The notes beneath the pieces were generated by a model. The model searched no databases and was not told the origin of the DNA. It worked only from the letters and a program-made list of their open reading frames with translations. 64,000 bases of DNA from the human T2T-CHM13v2.0 reference genome, Homo sapiens, in NCBI RefSeq assembly GCF_009914755.1, contig NC_060925.1, one strand, 5' to 3'. Below are positions 59,051 through 64,000 of the stretch, in pieces (within the stretch, counting starts at the first letter, position 1; each line of letters starts with the position of its first letter). The position numbers were made by a program, and so were the translations under genes.

Positions 59051-62000
59051 GGTGTGATAAGTGGATGGGCTCTAAATTCAGAGAGCAGTGGGGCAATGAA
59101 TGAATGGTTGGTGAGGAAGTAAGATAGACTGCCCTTTTCAGCAGGGGAGAAGGTTTAGTACATTGCCTACACACAGTAGATGCTCAATAAACTTTAGTTC
59201 AGTGAACAAGAAATAAATGTCAACGTGTGCTAGCTATCAGGTTTACAGGTTAGGTGTGGAAGAGGAGGTAGCAGAGGTGTCGAGTACACACAGCCCAAGG
59301 TTAAGGAGCCAGTAGAGAGAATAATGCCAAAGAAGAAAAGGGAAAATTTAGCAAACCAGGTCCTTCATAGAAGAGGTTGATTGAGCCTGGTATCAAGTAT
59401 AGAAGCAAGAATTTTACCTGAGTAGATGGACTCCTTCTTTGAGATTGAATTAAAAAACAGTGAGGTATAGAAATAGGTGTATAGGGACAAAAGGCAAATT
59501 GTTTCATCTCCCAACAATCCCCTCCATATTAAGCTCCCTTATGAAAAAAATATCTCACCATTCCTAATAAGTTATTTCCTTTAAAGTTTTAATAAATGTA
59601 TACATGCAATTCCCGATGCCTAGAATTCCTTCTCTTTTTTTGTATAGTAAACGCTTATGGAGAAATAAAGACCCAAATTATAAGTTAGCTCTTAAAATTA
59701 TTTCTTGAATTCTCCCAACATTCTATCACTCCCTCCATTTTCCACCTCTTAGAGCACTCACTCCCTCTTCTGTAGAGGCTTGGAAGCCATAGATAATTAT
59801 GCTTCCATTTTTTATTAAGCCTTTTGAAACACTTTAACATATCAACAAAATATTTGAAAATGTTATAAGGTATGTCTTAGAGCAAGCATGACGTAGCTTG
59901 AACACAATTGCATGTATTTAGCTCAAACTTTTATATGCCAACAATTATATGATGTAAATTTTCTTAATGGTTAGCTAAAGACTGCTCTAGCTGATGACTG
60001 CATTTTGTAATAAAAATATATTCTTAATTCATTGACTTTTAATAATGCATAAATTGGGAAAGTTTATACAATGTATTTTAAGAATAAAATGTTGCTTGCC
60101 ATTATAAAGATTTATGTATTGATCACCTTGATGTTTAAAGAAAATGATGTATACGTATGCCCTATCTTCAAAGCCAAATTGTATGCTGTAATACCTTAAG
60201 CTTTCAGCTGGTGTTAAATTTTGGCTGGTTCAATAGTGGGCTGAGACTATTGATTGCTATATTACTGTTCTGTTAGACAATTTTATTTTTGAATAATCTA
60301 TATGCCCTATGAGAAGATCAAATGATATGGCAGAGAGATCTGAGACAAAACACTAAGATTCAATTGTTTTAAGTTCAGCAGGATTAAGTTGCACGTTTCA
60401 GAATCATTCAAAAATGCACCGAATGCATAATTATATTCAGTTTGTGTTTGAATTTGAGCTATGTAGCATGATCCATGTGTAATTTATAAAATATAGTCGA
60501 GTATTTAAAATATAAAAATATAATATTCTTTGTAATATTTTACACATGCTGTTATTTTCCTTATATCAGCAAAATAAGAATGTGAACTTTATAAACATAC
60601 ATTGAGAGAGTTAAGATAATCATGTGAAATGGCTATATCAATCTGTAAACACCTCTTTTAAATGACTATTTCATATTCCATCCAAAACTAAACACATAAA
60701 ACCCAACTTATAGCAAAATCCATGAGACAAAATATTCTCACAAGGAATCTGTTTATGTATTGCCTGTCAATTAAACATGAAGCTAAGTAATTTTTGTTCA
60801 AATAATCTATGTATGTTCCCAGTGTACCTATTATATACATGAAATTGTTCAACCTTTAGAGTATTTGCCAAATTTTTCTAATGTAAGTAATAATTATATG
60901 GATTTTAGAACTACACTTCTTACATTCTATTGTGAAAATATTTTAAGATTCATGTGCACTAATTTCAGTTGTATGCAAAAATACTGTAATGAAACATTAT
61001 ATTTTCATTTTTTAATGGAAAATATACAAGTCTCTTTAGATGGATCAAAAAGAAATTTCTAATGCAGCTAATGTGTTCAACCATCCTTTAATATTCTGTG
61101 TAGCCATAATTGCATTTGTCTGAGCATATCCAACGTTTAAATTAGTACAAGTTGGTAAAGTTGTAGCATTTAATTAGTTTGAATAAATGTAGTACATAAA
61201 AAATTGTAAACAAAATATGTGTAAGTTATTAATTGAAATGTGATTGGTGGCTTTTCTGGAAGAAATGGGGAGAAACTTAAAGTAGAGTAATAGCATGATT
61301 AATTTATTCAGGATGGTTTCTGCTGAAAAATTATGTTCAATAAGAATCTGTCATGACTTATGATCATTTGTTACTCTACAGTATATCAAATATAATGGAG
61401 TCAGGTGCACAAGCTGTAAAAGCAACTGTTATAAAAATGCCAATTTCTTAAATTAAAAAGGTGGTTACTTAAATGATTTAATTCCAAATACCCATACTTT
61501 ATTAATTTGAGCTATTGCTGTATCTAGAGATGATAAATATTTTTATAAATGATTTTGTTCTCATATATACATTTATCATTCTGCATTCAAGTCAATGGTT
61601 TTTAAAATTTCCTCTCAAGATCCAAATTACACATATTTTCATTAAAACATGGAGATGCCTGGCAAAAGTTGCTATTTAAATATTTAACAGAAAAATAAAT
61701 GGGAAGAATAATTATTTGTTTACAACCCAAAACATTATTTCAGTCAAAATTCTTTTAATGTAATAAAATGTGTTCTTCTACAGTTTGTTCATTTACATAT
61801 ACCTCTCTCATTGGTGTCTTTCAATGATGTTTTCTCATATGAGATCTTTTTCAAACACTATGGAGATTAAACTGAATTATCTTAATATGATTTGAGCTGC
61901 TATACTGGAGAAGAAAATTTCATAGAAGGGAAATTCATAAATTTTGTCATTTTCAGAGAGTGTAGGGGACATTAAAATTCATAGTAAAATATCAATGTGT

Positions 62001-62428
62001 CCATTTCTATTATGCCTTAAACAGTATGCGTTAATCATGCTTGTTATCTCAGAGAGTTATTGGAAATGAGTAGAAGCTTGGAAGTGATAGTGTAAGCAAG
62101 TAATTTTCATGACAATGGCTTATCACCTGATGATCATCATATGAAAGTTTTGCTTGCTCCTTTCAGGGGGTGTGCATGTTTTTCGTCATCTGGCCCAATT
62201 CCACTCTGAGTTTAATTTTCTGTTTTTATTTTATCTAACATTTTTTCCTAATCCTAGAACTATGCCTCTTTACAAAAATATTACTTAAAACCTATTTCTA
62301 CAGAATTACATTAAAACAAGTAAACTTTCTACCTCCCTGTACTGTAAACCAATTGGTAATTATTTTAGTCACCTTCTGCATTAGGAGTTCCATCTTTTGG
62401 GCATTGAAATTGATTTTTTTCATCTTAG

Positions 62429-63975
62429 CATCTGAAGATCCAGAGTGTGCCCCTTGCCCAATCGCCTGAGACTATACAGTGACACCTACAACAGAGGATG
62501 TGGAGGGAGCAGCTTTTCGGGCACCAGAAATGGCAGCATCAGGAGCATCAGCACGAATAGACTTTGTAGAGGTAGTTCTCCCAAACTATATTATGAAACC
62601 AAACATTTTTGGTGCGCTACCTGCTGATGGGGGCTGCCTTCTTACTGCCTAGTATCTACAAAATGTTTGGTCTTTGTTAAAGTTTAACGATGACATTTCT
62701 GACTAATATAGAGAGACCTGATTTTTTTCCAAATGTGTTCAGTTGCCATAACTTTCAATGAATATGAAATTTTATCAGTCTCAGAAAAACATTAATACCC
62801 ATATTTTTATCTAATTGATTTCACTATTTGTTATGTTAAGGTGCTTTTGTGTATAATTTTTGTATATATTTTTAAATGGGATCAAACTAAGCCATAATTT
62901 AAAAGTCATCCTAATGCAGTAAATAAGATAATTTCTCTAGTTTGTTAAATTCTTCAGAGACCGAATATAATTGCTCGTTTTTCTGTCATACTCCCTGATG
63001 ATGTTCCATTGTGGACTTATTTTGCAAAGTTCCCAGATGGCACAAGTCAAAATATGAAATGCTGATGATTGATTGATTTTATGTATCCTTTCATCTTATG
63101 TAATTTAATGTGGAACAGTTATTTTGTAGCTCTAAAATACATTTGTTAATTAACCATATTGGCTTTTCATGCAGTTCAATGGCTTATAGCATTTCAATTT
63201 GCATAGAAAATGAATCTCTGTAATGATACTTTTGCTAAATAAATAACAATCGACATAATGGGTTCATTTGCTTTTAACATTTTATACATACAATTTAGAA
63301 GTAGGATATATTTCATATTGAAATTTTGAAAAGCTTGAAATTCAACATACAAGGTCACCATCTTGCTGATGCCTAATGCAGTACAGCAAATTCATTCTTC
63401 ATCCCATGTTAACTCCTTTTTGGAACAAGTCAAAATACAAATAATTTACAATGATTGTGTTGGAGCTATTGCTTGATTAAATACAATTCAAAGGTTCTTT
63501 TTATAAAACAGGTGTGAGCAGGACACATTGCACTTACGGGCTTTTCCTATTTTTTTGGTTCTATTTCATTTTACTGCCTAGGAAAGAAACATTTTTTTGT
63601 AAAACCTATGCTATGGAACTGAAATGTACTTTATTGAATATTTCTATTCTGTTTTATGAATATCAATTATGTGAAATATATAAATATAAAATTGCCTTAG
63701 AATGCCTAACTCTTTGTATAAAACAGATATCTGAAAGTAGATGTTGGTTTTTTGTTCAAATTGTGTAAATGCTGATTTTTCCATGAGTACTTATGAAGAT
63801 CTATATGTAAAAATTTTAAGTCTGCTTACTGTGTTTGTACCACCTTGTTCTTAGCTGTGTATACTCTATGCTAATTGACTTCTGTCATTGTCACATATAT
63901 TGCATATATCTCTCAAAAATTAAAAGGTATATTGCTATTCTAAAAATAAAAAATGTAAATTCCTGACATTGCTGT
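62429..63975 (+). other. LRRC7: Probable alternative terminal exon of LRRC7 (coding 62429-62435: N-I-stop, then about 1.5 kb 3'UTR)
   Basis: Acceptor ttgatttttttcatcttag|C with about 40 nt free of AG; GC-richer unique segment follows; AA|C ATC TGA in frame with the 27207 exon; ATTAAA 63919 and AATAAA 63945. 3' end inferred. Confidence 0.7.
63945..63950 (+). terminator. Polyadenylation signal AATAAA (candidate for the short isoform)
   Basis: AATAAA preceded by ATTAAA (63919-63924) and several TGTA motifs in 63760-63865. A second AATAAA lies at 63238-63243. Confidence 0.55.
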
Positions 63976-64000
63976 AGAATAAGTTGCACTATCTTAGTGT

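Noticed and set aside
62445-62627. 60-aa ORF in the terminal-exon island
   Set aside because: GTG start, and it lies downstream of the stop at 62433-62435 reached from the upstream exon.

Overview
Primate (very probably human) AT-rich, CpG-depleted genomic DNA from inside one large + strand gene, which I recognise as LRRC7 (densin-180, LAP family). Three short AG/GT-bounded coding exons (14725-14803, 23760-23849, 27207-27263) splice in frame to (G)[74 protein letters not shown](K), part of the N-terminal leucine-rich-repeat domain. None of these exons appears in the ORF track. A probable alternative terminal exon starts at 62429, adds N-I-stop and runs to AATAAA at 63945, predicting a short LRR-only isoform. 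The rest is intron with many interspersed repeats (L1PA, L1M, L2, MIR, nine Alus, MaLR/ERVL LTRs, MER DNA transposons). All long ORFs in the track are L1 ORF2 remnants. I see no evidence for a new biological system. The most notable observations are the truncating last exon, a twin-primed L1 that also lacks about 0.8 kb near its 3' end, and an inverted L1PA pair sharing three apparently non-consensus variants. Repeat subfamily names come from my recollection of consensus sequences and need RepeatMasker/Dfam confirmation; boundaries of old repeats are approximate.
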